Part shown: in pieces, positions 1 through 8,544 of the stretch | Numbering within the stretch: the first letter of the stretch is position 1 | How the letters are laid out: each line of letters begins with the position of its first letter | DNA from: an uncultured Limibaculum sp. | GTDB taxonomy: Bacteria; Pseudomonadota; Alphaproteobacteria; Rhodobacterales; Rhodobacteraceae | NCBI GenBank assembly: GCA_964467005.1 | Contig: CAYXPI010000002.1 | Coordinates: 1 to 48,886, forward strand | Length of the DNA: 48,886 nt | Reading direction: 5' to 3' | Notes under the pieces: generated by a model | Told to the model about the DNA's origin: nothing | The model's input: the letters and a program-made list of their open reading frames with translations, nothing else | Databases searched by the model: none | Made by a program: the position numbers and the translations under genes

Positions 1-391
1 ATGCCGTCTTGAGCCGCACCGCATCACGCTCGAGGTAGCTACCGGCGAGATCGGCGAAGGTGCGCGCCGCCTCGCGCTCGGCCGCCAAGGCGCGCCTCTG
101 CGCCTTTGCCTGGGCCTCTGCCGCGAGGCGCGGGTCAATCCCCAGCGCGGCTGTCTCGCGCGCCTGTCGGGCCAGCTCTCGCGCCTCGGCGAGCCCGAGC
201 GTCGGCCACGTGCCGAGCGCCATCTTGGCCTGCCTGCCGTCCACGCGGAAGCGGGCGATCCAGTCCTTGCGCCCCTTATCGTTGGTCCGGAGAACCAGCC
301 CCGGACAGAGCGCGTCGGGCGTCTCGGTCCTCTTGCCGGGCGCCGCCGCCCGCATCCTGTTGATCGCCGCCGCCGTCAGCTTGACCGCCAT
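1..391 (-). CDS. P4-like tyrosine integrase, N-terminal arm-DNA-binding domain (partial, runs off the window)
   Basis: Manual translation (absent from the ORF track because it is truncated): MAVKLTAAAINRMRAAAPGKRTETPDALCPGLVLRTNDKGRKDWIARFRVDGRQAKMALGTWPTLGLAEARELARQAR...GIDP. This fits the DUF4102/Arm-DNA-bind_3 pattern (D..GL.LR...G.K.W..R.R..G......LG..P...LA.AR...GIDP). GGGGAG-type RBS upstream; adjacent to a tRNA fragment. Confidence 0.9.
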   Translation of the reverse strand, partial: MAVKLTAAAINRMRAAAPGKRTETPDALCPGLVLRTNDKGRKDWIARFRVDGRQAKMALGTWPTLGLAEARELARQARETAALGIDPRLAAEAQAKAQRRALAAEREAARTFADLAGSYLERDAVRLKTA

Positions 392-414
392 CCCCGCATC
401 TCCCCGCTCGCTAC

Positions 415-493
415 TGTGCCCGCCCCTTGCGCCACTGTGCTCGGAGCCAGGGGCACAAAAGGGGCACACTCTGCGGGCTTCAGCCCGTGCCCC
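415..493. repeat. Putative integrase arm-type binding sites
   Basis: GGGGCACA direct repeats at 450-457 and 461-468 (11-bp period); inverted copies TGTGCCC 415-421, TGTGCTC 436-442 and GTGCCCC 487-493; all lie between the int start and the att core. Confidence 0.55.
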
Positions 494-596
494 TGAGTTT
501 CACTCAGTTGCACATCGCCGGGCCGATTTTCAAGGCAGAACAGGCGGATGGGTGGGGTGTGACCTCAGTTGCCTTCCGTCAGTTTCGTGACTGTCT

Positions 597-646
597 CAGT
601 GTTCACATCGCTGGGGTCACTGGTTCGAGCCCAGTACCGCCCACCA
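597..646 (+). tRNA. 3' half of tRNA-Val(CAC), truncated copy forming the att core
   Basis: Anticodon arm CAGTG-TTCACAT-CGCTG, T-arm ACTGG-TTCGAGC-CCAGT, 3' acceptor strand ACCGCCC-A-CCA. The required 5' GGGCGGT acceptor strand and D-arm are missing upstream, so this is not an intact tRNA gene. Confidence 0.85.
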
Positions 647-783
647 TCCCTTCCCATCGGGGTTTCGGACCGCCTGCCATGCGCGTGACGCGCGCTCGGG
701 CAAATGGGCTTGCGCCGGTCGGCGGCCCGGTGTCATCCTAAAGCTCGTTTTCATTCGATGGCATTTGACGAAGGGTTTGCTCG

Positions 784-2946
784 ATGAGCGAGACGGATCC
801 ACAGGCGCCGTCCGGCCCGGCGGAGCCCGAGCCGCCGACCTTCATCATCGGAGTGACCATGGCGGGCGCCGTCTCCGCCGGGGCCTACACCGCGGGCGTG
901 CTTGATTATCTCCTGCGCGCGCTCGACAGGCACAACGCCCGGGTCGATGGCCACGAGGAGGACCGGCCCCGCCACCGGGTGGTGCTCAAGGTGATGAGCG
1001 GCGCCTCCGCCGGAGGGGTCTGCGCGGCGCTGAGCGTGGTGGGCCTCGTCAAGAACCGCAGCGCGGAGGCGGCACGGCTCGCCGACCCCGTCGCATTCGG
1101 AGACGCGGACGATCCCTACGCACACAGTTACGTGTTCGAGCCGATGCACGCGGTCTGGGTCGACGGGCTCCATCTCTGGCACCCGGCGGGGGAGAGCGGG
1201 CTCCTCGCCATCCAGGACCTCCGGGACGCCGACGCGCCCGTGCTCTCGCTTCTGAACGGCGACCACGTCGCCGAGACGGCGGATCGCGCGATCGCCGACA
1301 CGGCATGGCCAGCCGGGGCACCGCTCGAGGGCTACGATTTCCTCGCGCAGGATCTCGAGATCTTCCTCACCGCGACCAATCTCGCGGGCGTGCCCTATCG
1401 GGTGAGTTTCCGCACCGGGGACGACGACAACGCGAGCGGGCACACCATGGCCCAGCACGCCGCGGTCCGGCATTTTCGCGTGAAGGGCCTTGGCACCCTC
1501 GATGTGCCGTCCACGTGGCTCGCGGCGTGGCGCGACGAGGGCATCCCGCTCGAGCTGCCGTCGGCCGGCCCCCTGCCAGTGGGCGACGCCGGCTCGGCCT
1601 GGCAGGGCCTGCGCAACGCCGCCATCGCGACCGGGGCCTTCCCCGTCGGCCTCGCCGCCACCGCCATCGCGAGCGACCCGCGCGAGTTCGGCCGGCAGCC
1701 CGACGACGAGGCGGCGCTGGGCGGGGCCTTTCCGGTCGACACCGATCCGACGCGCATCGGCGCGGTGGCGCCGGATTTTGGGGTCGCGCCCGATCACGGC
1801 GACACGGTGCGCTATGTGGCGGTCGATGGCGGGCTCATGAACAACGAGCCGTTCGAATACGCGCGCTACACCCTCCGCCCGGCCGAGGACCCGGAGGTCG
1901 CGGACAAGACCGGCCGCTACCTCAAGCCCAATCCGAGATCGGCCGAGACCGCCGACCGGGCCGTGATCATGATCGACCCGTTCCCGGAAGGGCCCGCCTA
2001 TCTCCCGCTCACGGAGCGCGAGGCCGAGGACGGGCGGGCGCTCGTGACCGTTCTGGGCGGGCTCCTGCCCGCGCTCAAGAACCAGGCCCGGTTCAAGCCA
2101 TCGGAGCTCCTTCTGGCGGCGTCGGGCGACATCCATTCGCGCTTTCTCATCGCGCCGAGCCGTGACGATGAGGCCACAGAGGGCCCCCGGCGGTCCGGCG
2201 CCGAGGCGATCGCGAGCGGCGGGCTCGGCGGCTTCCTCGGCTTTTTCGACCGGCGGTTCCGGGCCCACGACTTCATCCTGGGCCAGCGCAACTGCCAACG
2301 CTTCCTGCAGGCGCACTTCACGCTGGCGCCGACGAACCCGGTGCTCCGCCTCCGCGACACGACCTCGCCGGGCCCGCGCGTCCCGATCGTCCAGCCGGGT
2401 GCCGAACTCGAGAACGAGATCGCTCAGCCGCCCTGGCCCGCCATGACCGACGACGAGCTCGAACCGCTCCTCAACGCCGCGACCCGGCGCCTCGGCCTTC
2501 TCGGCCATCGGCTGGTGCGGCAACAGTCGCCCGGGCTCCTTCTCAGGCTGGCGCTCGAGCGGATCTGGTCGATGCAGCACCTCTTCGCCGGCGTGAAGGT
2601 CAATCTGCGAGCGCTCCTCATCAAGGCGGTGTTGGGCCAACTCGTCGCGCGCAAGCAGCACGCGCCGAGCGCCGATCTTTCGGACCTTGGCGCCCGTGTG
2701 TTGAGCGCCCTCGTCGCGCAGGGGAGCCGGCGGGCCACCGCGGCGGAGATCCGGACGGCGGTGGCGCGCGCCCGCGGCCCGGGCCAGGCGCCGCGGCTCT
2801 CCGAGATCGAAGACGCGCTCCAAAGTTTGGTGACGGCAGGCCAGGCCTGGACCCAGCGGCCGCTCCTCAGCGGGAGGGCACGCTTCACCCACCGGTTCTT
2901 CCGGCCCTCCGGCCTCGCCGCCGCCCGCGCCTGGCTAACGGGCTGA
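784..2946 (+). CDS. Patatin-like phospholipase domain protein (720 aa)
   Basis: Gly-rich loop MAGAVSAGAYTAG, nucleophile elbow SGASAGG, ATGAFP and the catalytic DGG motif (AVDGGLMNNEP). Confidence 0.85.
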   Translation: MSETDPQAPSGPAEPEPPTFIIGVTMAGAVSAGAYTAGVLDYLLRALDRHNARVDGHEEDRPRHRVVLKVMSGASAGGVCAALSVVGLVKNRSAEAARLADPVAFGDADDPYAHSYVFEPMHAVWVDGLHLWHPAGESGLLAIQDLRDADAPVLSLLNGDHVAETADRAIADTAWPAGAPLEGYDFLAQDLEIFLTATNLAGVPYRVSFRTGDDDNASGHTMAQHAAVRHFRVKGLGTLDVPSTWLAAWRDEGIPLELPSAGPLPVGDAGSAWQGLRNAAIATGAFPVGLAATAIASDPREFGRQPDDEAALGGAFPVDTDPTRIGAVAPDFGVAPDHGDTVRYVAVDGGLMNNEPFEYARYTLRPAEDPEVADKTGRYLKPNPRSAETADRAVIMIDPFPEGPAYLPLTEREAEDGRALVTVLGGLLPALKNQARFKPSELLLAASGDIHSRFLIAPSRDDEATEGPRRSGAEAIASGGLGGFLGFFDRRFRAHDFILGQRNCQRFLQAHFTLAPTNPVLRLRDTTSPGPRVPIVQPGAELENEIAQPPWPAMTDDELEPLLNAATRRLGLLGHRLVRQQSPGLLLRLALERIWSMQHLFAGVKVNLRALLIKAVLGQLVARKQHAPSADLSDLGARVLSALVAQGSRRATAAEIRTAVARARGPGQAPRLSEIEDALQSLVTAGQAWTQRPLLSGRARFTHRFFRPSGLAAARAWLTG

Positions 2947-2971
2947 GCCCTCTCTTAGGGAAGGAACACCG

Positions 2972-3955
2972 ATGGCCCTGACCGATCTCCTCGCTCTCCT
3001 CAACGTCGCGGTCACGCTCCTCCTCATCGTGCTCGCCTTGAGCCTCTTCGCCTCGCTTGCGGTGGAGGCGATCGCCGGGGTTTTCGCCACCCGGGGCCGC
3101 CTCCTCCGCCGTCGGATCCTCGAGATGCTGGACGACCCGGAGGAGGCGGGCTTCGCCCGGCTGGTGCTCCGCTCGCCGATTGTGGCGGCGCTCGGCGAGC
3201 GCGGGCGCTTCCCGTCCTACATCCCGAAGGAGACCTTCGCGTTGGCCGTGGTCTCGGTGATGCGCGAGAAGGGGCTCGAGACGCTCGACGATCTGCCGCC
3301 GGCGCTGAGGGCGTTGGCCCTCGGGGTCGGCTTCGCGACGGAGGCGGAGCGCGCCGACTTTCAGAGCGAGGTCGCGGCCTGGTACGAGCGCACGATGGAG
3401 CGCCTGTCCGGCGTCTATCGGCGGAGCTCGCGGCGTCTTCTCTTCGTGGTGGGGCTTCTCCTCGCCATTGCCCTCAACGCCGACATGATCGCGATGACCA
3501 CCTCGCTCTGGCAAAACCGGGCGATGCTGGGCGCGAGTGTCGCGCGGGTCGAGGCGGTGCATGCCGAGGTGCGCGCCGCCGCCGCCGAGCGGGGAACGAC
3601 GCCGGAGGAGGCGCTGGCCGCGGCGGACAATCCGGAACTCCGCCGTCGGCTCGTCGCCGCGTTCGAGGCGGATCCGGCGCTTTCGGCGCTCGACCTGCCG
3701 CTCGGCTGGGCGCTCGAGACGCTGGACTGCGCGCGCCGGGAGACCGAGGCCGACCGCACGGCCTGCGGAGAGCTCGCTCTGGTCGCGCGGATCTGGGAAA
3801 GCGACGAGTGGTCGAGCGTGAGCGTCCTCGGCTGGCTCCTCACCGCGCTCGCGCTCCTTCCGGGCACGGGGTTCTGGTTCGATACGCTCGGCCGGCTCCT
3901 CAAGCTCCGGGCGGCCGGCGCGAAGCCGAGCACCCCAGAGCCCGACCCCGCCTGA
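2972..3955 (+). CDS. Conserved hypothetical membrane protein (about 3 TM segments, 327 aa)
   Basis: AAGGA RBS; hydrophobic N-terminal, central and C-terminal segments; motifs PSYIP..FA, WYERTMERLSGVYRR, LPLGW and GWLLTALA...G..FWFD.L that I recognise from a widespread uncharacterised family. Confidence 0.8.
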   Translation: MALTDLLALLNVAVTLLLIVLALSLFASLAVEAIAGVFATRGRLLRRRILEMLDDPEEAGFARLVLRSPIVAALGERGRFPSYIPKETFALAVVSVMREKGLETLDDLPPALRALALGVGFATEAERADFQSEVAAWYERTMERLSGVYRRSSRRLLFVVGLLLAIALNADMIAMTTSLWQNRAMLGASVARVEAVHAEVRAAAAERGTTPEEALAAADNPELRRRLVAAFEADPALSALDLPLGWALETLDCARRETEADRTACGELALVARIWESDEWSSVSVLGWLLTALALLPGTGFWFDTLGRLLKLRAAGAKPSTPEPDPA

Positions 3956-3979
3956 GCCCACACCGAAAGGAAACTCGGA

Positions 3980-6127
3980 ATGGCCATCGAGCATCTCGCC
4001 CATCGTGACGCCCGCGCGGAGTGGGCGCCGGACCCGGACCGCTCCCGCCTCAGCTGGCACCGCGAGAGCGGAAGCGGCAAGATCTTCTACGTGCTTCGCC
4101 AAAGGGGTGATTTCGTGAGCCTCTGCCACGATCACGGGCGGCTCTTCGGGGCGGAGGTGGAGCGCGGCGTGTTCCCCGAGATCCTCGACAGCGTCGCGGT
4201 CGACACCGATGCCGAGCGCGCGACCCTCGACATCGTGTTCCGCGCGCTGTTTCTGCGCATCGTGGACGATCTCAAGGCGGCCTGCATCGGCGAGCTTCAG
4301 GACGGGATCAAGGCGCTCTCGGACGGCTATCGAAGGGGCGCCGACCAGCCGCGCTACGGGCCGGACGAGGTGACGATGGCCTGTCTTGCGATCGACGCGG
4401 GGAATGTCGCGACCGGCTTCACCCGGCGGCTCAAGCGCTACGGCTCAACCGACTTTCCGTTGGGCGAGACGCTGGCCTATGTGGTTGGCGCGCTTCGCCG
4501 GTTCGGCGAGGTCCCCAGCCGCGCGGCCTCGGCGGACGAGGCGGGCCTCGTGCGCGCACTGGTGGCGCAGGGAGAGCGGGCGCGGCTCGGCATGGGCTGC
4601 ACGGGGTTCGCCGTGCCGCCTCGCTGGGGGGCGGAGGGCAAGGCGCTCCACGCCCGCACCTTCGACAGCGCGTTTTTCGACTGGAACGCGACGCCGGGCC
4701 TCCACCTCGTCGACGAGACCGACGGGCATCCGGGCTGGTGCCGTTACGCCGCCGTCGGCACGGTGGGCCTCGTCTATCCGGGCGGCATTTCGGGGATCAA
4801 CGAGGCGGGCCTCGCCTGCTCGCTGCACCAGATGTCCACCACCACCTACAGCACCGGCAAGTCGGGGGGCGGCTTCGCCATTGCGCCTTACGTGCAGCAG
4901 CGCATTCTGCGGGAGGCCCGGAGCCTCGACGACGCGGAGCGGATCGTGCGCGCCAGCGAGCATTTCGCCTCCTGGGCCATCCTCGTCTCCAGCGCGAGCG
5001 AGGCGGCGGCCGCCACATTCGAGATCGCCGCTCGAGGCGCGGACGGCACGGAGCGCGTCCGCCGGATCGACCACGGGCCCGCCGCGATCCAGACCAACCA
5101 TTTTCGCCACGACGCCCTCGAAGAGAGGTTCGCGTGGTTCGAGGACGCCCATTTCACTAAGTCCTTCGGCAAATGGCGGGAGAGCCGGGCCCGGGAGACC
5201 TCGACCGAGACGCGGCTCGGCTTCCTCGGCCGCGGTCCGGGCGTGGGCGTGGACGGCGCGCTCGGCCTCATGGCCGCCCATGACGACGCGGATCTGCCCC
5301 GCACCGGCACCGGCGACTTCCACCAGCGGAGCTTCGGGCGGACGGTGTGCAAGGCCTACGGCCTGATGGCCAGCGTGGCGCGCGCCCATCCGGACCGGAC
5401 GCCCGGGGCGGACGAGCTTTGGGTGACGATGGGAGAGGCGCTGCCGGGGCCGCATTCCCACCTCGCGGGCTTTTCGATCGACTGGTCGGCGTTCACACTC
5501 ACCCCCATCGGCGCCATCCCGCCTGGTGGGGACCCGCGGCTCCGCGAGGCCTACGCCCTCTATGTCGAAGCGCATCGGATCTTCGTGCGGCCCCGGCGCG
5601 GCGAGGCGACGGACACGGACGACCGCGGCTTTCTCGGCCGGGCGCTCAGCGCGGAGGAGCGGGCCAGGACCCTTCGCCTGGCGATCTCGAAGCTCTCGCA
5701 GGCGCTCGAGATCTGGCGCGCCGCCATGGGGGAGCCGGATTTCCCCACCCTCTACATCCGGGCCCGGCTCACTCACGAGCTCGCAACCTGCGACGGGATC
5801 GGCGGCCAAACCTTCGCCACAGCCCTCACCGACTGGCGGGAGCTCTTGCGCTTCGCCCGGCGCGGGACGACCGGATTGCCGGTCACGGCCTACGAGCGGG
5901 CGCTCGTGCGCATCCATGCCGCGGCGACGCTCCGGGCGCTGGGGGAGGACGCCGAGGCACGCGCCCTCGCGGCCGAGGGACGAGAGGGGCTGGAGGAGAT
6001 CCGGCGGGAGACCTTCGGCGCCCGTGGGGGCCATCCCGGGCTTTCGGAGCTGCACACGTTGGCGGGGGATCTCGAGATCGGCAAGCGGGCGGATCTCCCG
6101 CCCGTGGATTTCGTCACGGTCGAATAA
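3980..6127 (+). CDS. Peptidase C45 / Ntn-hydrolase (acyltransferase or amidase) with a C-terminal helical extension
   Basis: Autoprocessing site GMG|CTGFAV followed by LHARTFD, SGINEAGL and IQTNHF, typical of the C45/NAAA-like family; AAGGA RBS. Confidence 0.8.
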   Translation: MAIEHLAHRDARAEWAPDPDRSRLSWHRESGSGKIFYVLRQRGDFVSLCHDHGRLFGAEVERGVFPEILDSVAVDTDAERATLDIVFRALFLRIVDDLKAACIGELQDGIKALSDGYRRGADQPRYGPDEVTMACLAIDAGNVATGFTRRLKRYGSTDFPLGETLAYVVGALRRFGEVPSRAASADEAGLVRALVAQGERARLGMGCTGFAVPPRWGAEGKALHARTFDSAFFDWNATPGLHLVDETDGHPGWCRYAAVGTVGLVYPGGISGINEAGLACSLHQMSTTTYSTGKSGGGFAIAPYVQQRILREARSLDDAERIVRASEHFASWAILVSSASEAAAATFEIAARGADGTERVRRIDHGPAAIQTNHFRHDALEERFAWFEDAHFTKSFGKWRESRARETSTETRLGFLGRGPGVGVDGALGLMAAHDDADLPRTGTGDFHQRSFGRTVCKAYGLMASVARAHPDRTPGADELWVTMGEALPGPHSHLAGFSIDWSAFTLTPIGAIPPGGDPRLREAYALYVEAHRIFVRPRRGEATDTDDRGFLGRALSAEERARTLRLAISKLSQALEIWRAAMGEPDFPTLYIRARLTHELATCDGIGGQTFATALTDWRELLRFARRGTTGLPVTAYERALVRIHAAATLRALGEDAEARALAAEGREGLEEIRRETFGARGGHPGLSELHTLAGDLEIGKRADLPPVDFVTVE

Positions 6128-6361
6128 CGGCGCGCCCACTTTGAATTCGCCCGGGATCCACGCCGGATTTACACCGTTCGTCGCGGTCTGATATGGCGAT
6201 TTTTGCTGATTTGCGGTAGATTTGGCCTTGGGTTGCGGAGACGGTCTCCGCCCCCTTACTCGATTTATTATGAAACTTGCGAGGCTCGCCCCAGCCTCGC
6301 TCGCATCGACTTCAATCCGTTGCCTCGGCCACCGTGCCGCGCCGAAGAGAGGACCTGTTCC

Positions 6362-7921
6362 ATGACCGCACGCGATCACCACGCCCTCCCGCTCAAGCAG
6401 ACCTGCGAGGCAAAGATCGAGCACGCCCAGGGCGTCATGGCCGGGGACGAGCTCCTGTTTGAGACCCGGTTCGACTACCTTTTCCCGAAGCTCGCGCGCA
6501 CGCCCGCGGCGCGCGTTGCCGAAACCCACGACACCCTCGCAGCCCTCGAGGCCCTCGGCACGGCCATGGTCGAGCCCGGCAGCGCGCCGGACAACCTCTT
6601 CGACAGCGGGGTGCCCGCGGTCTTTACCTATCTCGGCCAGTTCATCGACCATGACCTCACCGCCCGCACGGACCGCGACGGCGACGTCACCGATCTCGAG
6701 GCGCTGAGCGCCCAGGGCCGGCGCGACCCGGACGACGTGATCCGCAAGCTCGCCAACGGCCGCCGGCCCCAGCTCGATCTCGACAGCGTGTATGGCGACG
6801 GGCCGGGGCTCGTCGCGACCAACGCCCTCAACGAGAACCTCTCGGTCGCGGAGACGCTCGGGATCTTCGATCGAGCGACGCTCAAGCTCCGCCTTCAGCC
6901 CGTGGCGCCCAAGAAGATCGACCTGCCGCGGAACGCCGGGGACGGGAGCCGGGCCCAGATCGGCGACGCGCGCAACGACGAGAACGTGATCATCAGCCAG
7001 CTCCACGCGGCCTTCCACGCCTTCCACAACGCGGTGTGCGATGGGCTCTCGGAAGGCTCGGCGGAGCTCAACTATGTGCGGGCACGCCAGCTCGTGCGCT
7101 GGGCCTATCAGTGGGTGGTGCTGAAGGACTATCTGCCGCGAGTCTGCGCGCCCGCGGTGGTGGCCGACGTGCTGGCCAACGGTCCCCGGTACTTCGGTGT
7201 GTCCGCCGGGCGCGACGCGATCTTCATGCCGCTCGAGTTCTCGGTGGCGGCCTTCCGCTTCGGCCACACGATGATCCGGCCGGAATACATGCTGAACGGC
7301 CAGACGACCGACACGATCGACAACCTCTTCTTCCCGGCGCGCGCGCTCGATGGCCGCGACCCGCTCGTGGAGGCCAACACGCTGAAAGACGCGTTCTTCG
7401 TGGAGTGGAGCCGGTTCGCGGGCACGGGGCCGGACGTGCAGAACGCGCGGAAGTTCGATTTCCTGCTCTCGCGCGGGCTCCTCAACCTCACCTTCGAGGC
7501 GACGACGATCGAGGCGCTCAAGCGGCTGGCGGTGCGCAACCTCCTCCGCGGCTTCTCGCTCTCCCTGCCGACCGGGCAGGCTGTGGCCCGTGCCATGGGG
7601 ATCGCCCCCCTGCCCGAGGACGTGGTGGGTGCAGAGGACACGCAGGAGCTGATCGACGCCCTTGCGCGGAACCGGTTCACGACGCAGACGCCGCTCTTCT
7701 ACTACCTGTTGCGCGAGGCGTCGGTGCAGGTGGACGGGCGGCATCTCGGCGAGGTCGGCAGCCGGATCGTGGCCGAGACCGTGGTGGGCCTCATCAAGGA
7801 CGACCCGAACGGCGTGCTCGCCAACCGTGACGACCCTGCGGTGCTGGAGGCTGGGGTCGATTGCGGCGTAATCACCGTCCGCGGGATCGAGGACATCTTG
7901 ACGGGCGCCGGCGTTCTCTAG
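6362..7921 (+). CDS. Heme peroxidase, peroxidase-cyclooxygenase (animal heme peroxidase) superfamily
   Basis: Distal motif FTYLGQFIDHDLT, LDLDSVYG, IGDARNDEN, proximal motif EFSVAAFRFGH, TPLFYYLLREA and LGEVGSRIVAET. Start moved to ATG 6362 (GAGGA RBS). Confidence 0.9.
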   Translation: MTARDHHALPLKQTCEAKIEHAQGVMAGDELLFETRFDYLFPKLARTPAARVAETHDTLAALEALGTAMVEPGSAPDNLFDSGVPAVFTYLGQFIDHDLTARTDRDGDVTDLEALSAQGRRDPDDVIRKLANGRRPQLDLDSVYGDGPGLVATNALNENLSVAETLGIFDRATLKLRLQPVAPKKIDLPRNAGDGSRAQIGDARNDENVIISQLHAAFHAFHNAVCDGLSEGSAELNYVRARQLVRWAYQWVVLKDYLPRVCAPAVVADVLANGPRYFGVSAGRDAIFMPLEFSVAAFRFGHTMIRPEYMLNGQTTDTIDNLFFPARALDGRDPLVEANTLKDAFFVEWSRFAGTGPDVQNARKFDFLLSRGLLNLTFEATTIEALKRLAVRNLLRGFSLSLPTGQAVARAMGIAPLPEDVVGAEDTQELIDALARNRFTTQTPLFYYLLREASVQVDGRHLGEVGSRIVAETVVGLIKDDPNGVLANRDDPAVLEAGVDCGVITVRGIEDILTGAGVL

Positions 7922-7997
7922 CCAGCGAGGGGGCCCGCGGTTCTGGCGCGGGCGGGGCTCTCGGCATACACTGCGCGTGTGCGGTGCAGGAGGCTCG

Positions 7998-8432
7998 ATG
8001 CGGCGGAGGATGCTGGCGGCCCTGGCCCTCGCCGCGGCGCTCGCCTCTGGGGCGCGGGCCGCCGGGGCGGGCCTCGAGGTGACGGTCACGGGCGTGCGAA
8101 GCGCCGAGGGGCAGGTGATCCTGCGCGTCTGGGGCGAGGGCTCGGCTTTCCCGACCGACCCGGACGCGGCCTTGGCGGTGGTGCGCGCGCCGATTTCCGA
8201 GGGCACGGCCCGCGCAACCTTCCCGGATCTGCCGCCGGGCGCCTACGCCGTCGCCGCGGCCCATGACGAAAACGGCAATGGCCGTCTGGACATGACGGCG
8301 CTCGGCCCGCCCGCCGAGGGCTACGGCTTCTCGAACGACGCCATGGGGTTCCTCGGCCCTCCCGGCTTCGCCGCCGCGCGCATCGAGCTCGGCGGCGAGC
8401 CCAGCGCGATCGTCATCCGCCTTCGCTACTGA
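7998..8432 (+). CDS. DUF2141 family exported protein
   Basis: Signal peptide MRRRMLAALALAAALASGARA; motifs YAVAAAHDENGNGRLD and EGYGFSNDA...GPPGF; GGAGG RBS. Confidence 0.85.
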   Translation: MRRRMLAALALAAALASGARAAGAGLEVTVTGVRSAEGQVILRVWGEGSAFPTDPDAALAVVRAPISEGTARATFPDLPPGAYAVAAAHDENGNGRLDMTALGPPAEGYGFSNDAMGFLGPPGFAAARIELGGEPSAIVIRLRY

Positions 8433-8544
8433 GCCTGCGCAACACCTCCCCGACCGCGGCGCTCGCGCGGCTATCAAGCACTTGTGAATCGCGCAGGTTC
8501 GGATACCCTTTGTGCAGTGCGGCGCGAGGGCGTGGGGTGCAGGG

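Larger units (their letters stand above)
1..646. mobile_element. Right end of an integrative element or prophage inserted in tRNA-Val(CAC)
   Basis: Integrase, repeated arm-like motifs and a duplicated tRNA 3' half; the element extends beyond the left edge. Confidence 0.8.

Noticed and set aside
60-590. Plus-strand 176-aa ORF
   Set aside because: Antisense to the integrase N-terminus, which has clear family motifs.
571-646. Intact tRNA-Val gene
   Set aside because: The 5' acceptor strand and D-arm are absent; only the anticodon arm through CCA is present.
6362-7921. Cyclooxygenase/fatty-acid dioxygenase call giving a eukaryote-like PLA2-COX pathway
   Set aside because: The catalytic Tyr of the Y-x-x-H motif is absent (FRFGH), so this is not supported.
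4445-8206. 1253-aa minus-strand ORF (likewise 751-2892)
   Set aside because: Antisense to well-supported plus-strand genes (C45 hydrolase, peroxidase, patatin); Arg/Gly-rich shadow composition.
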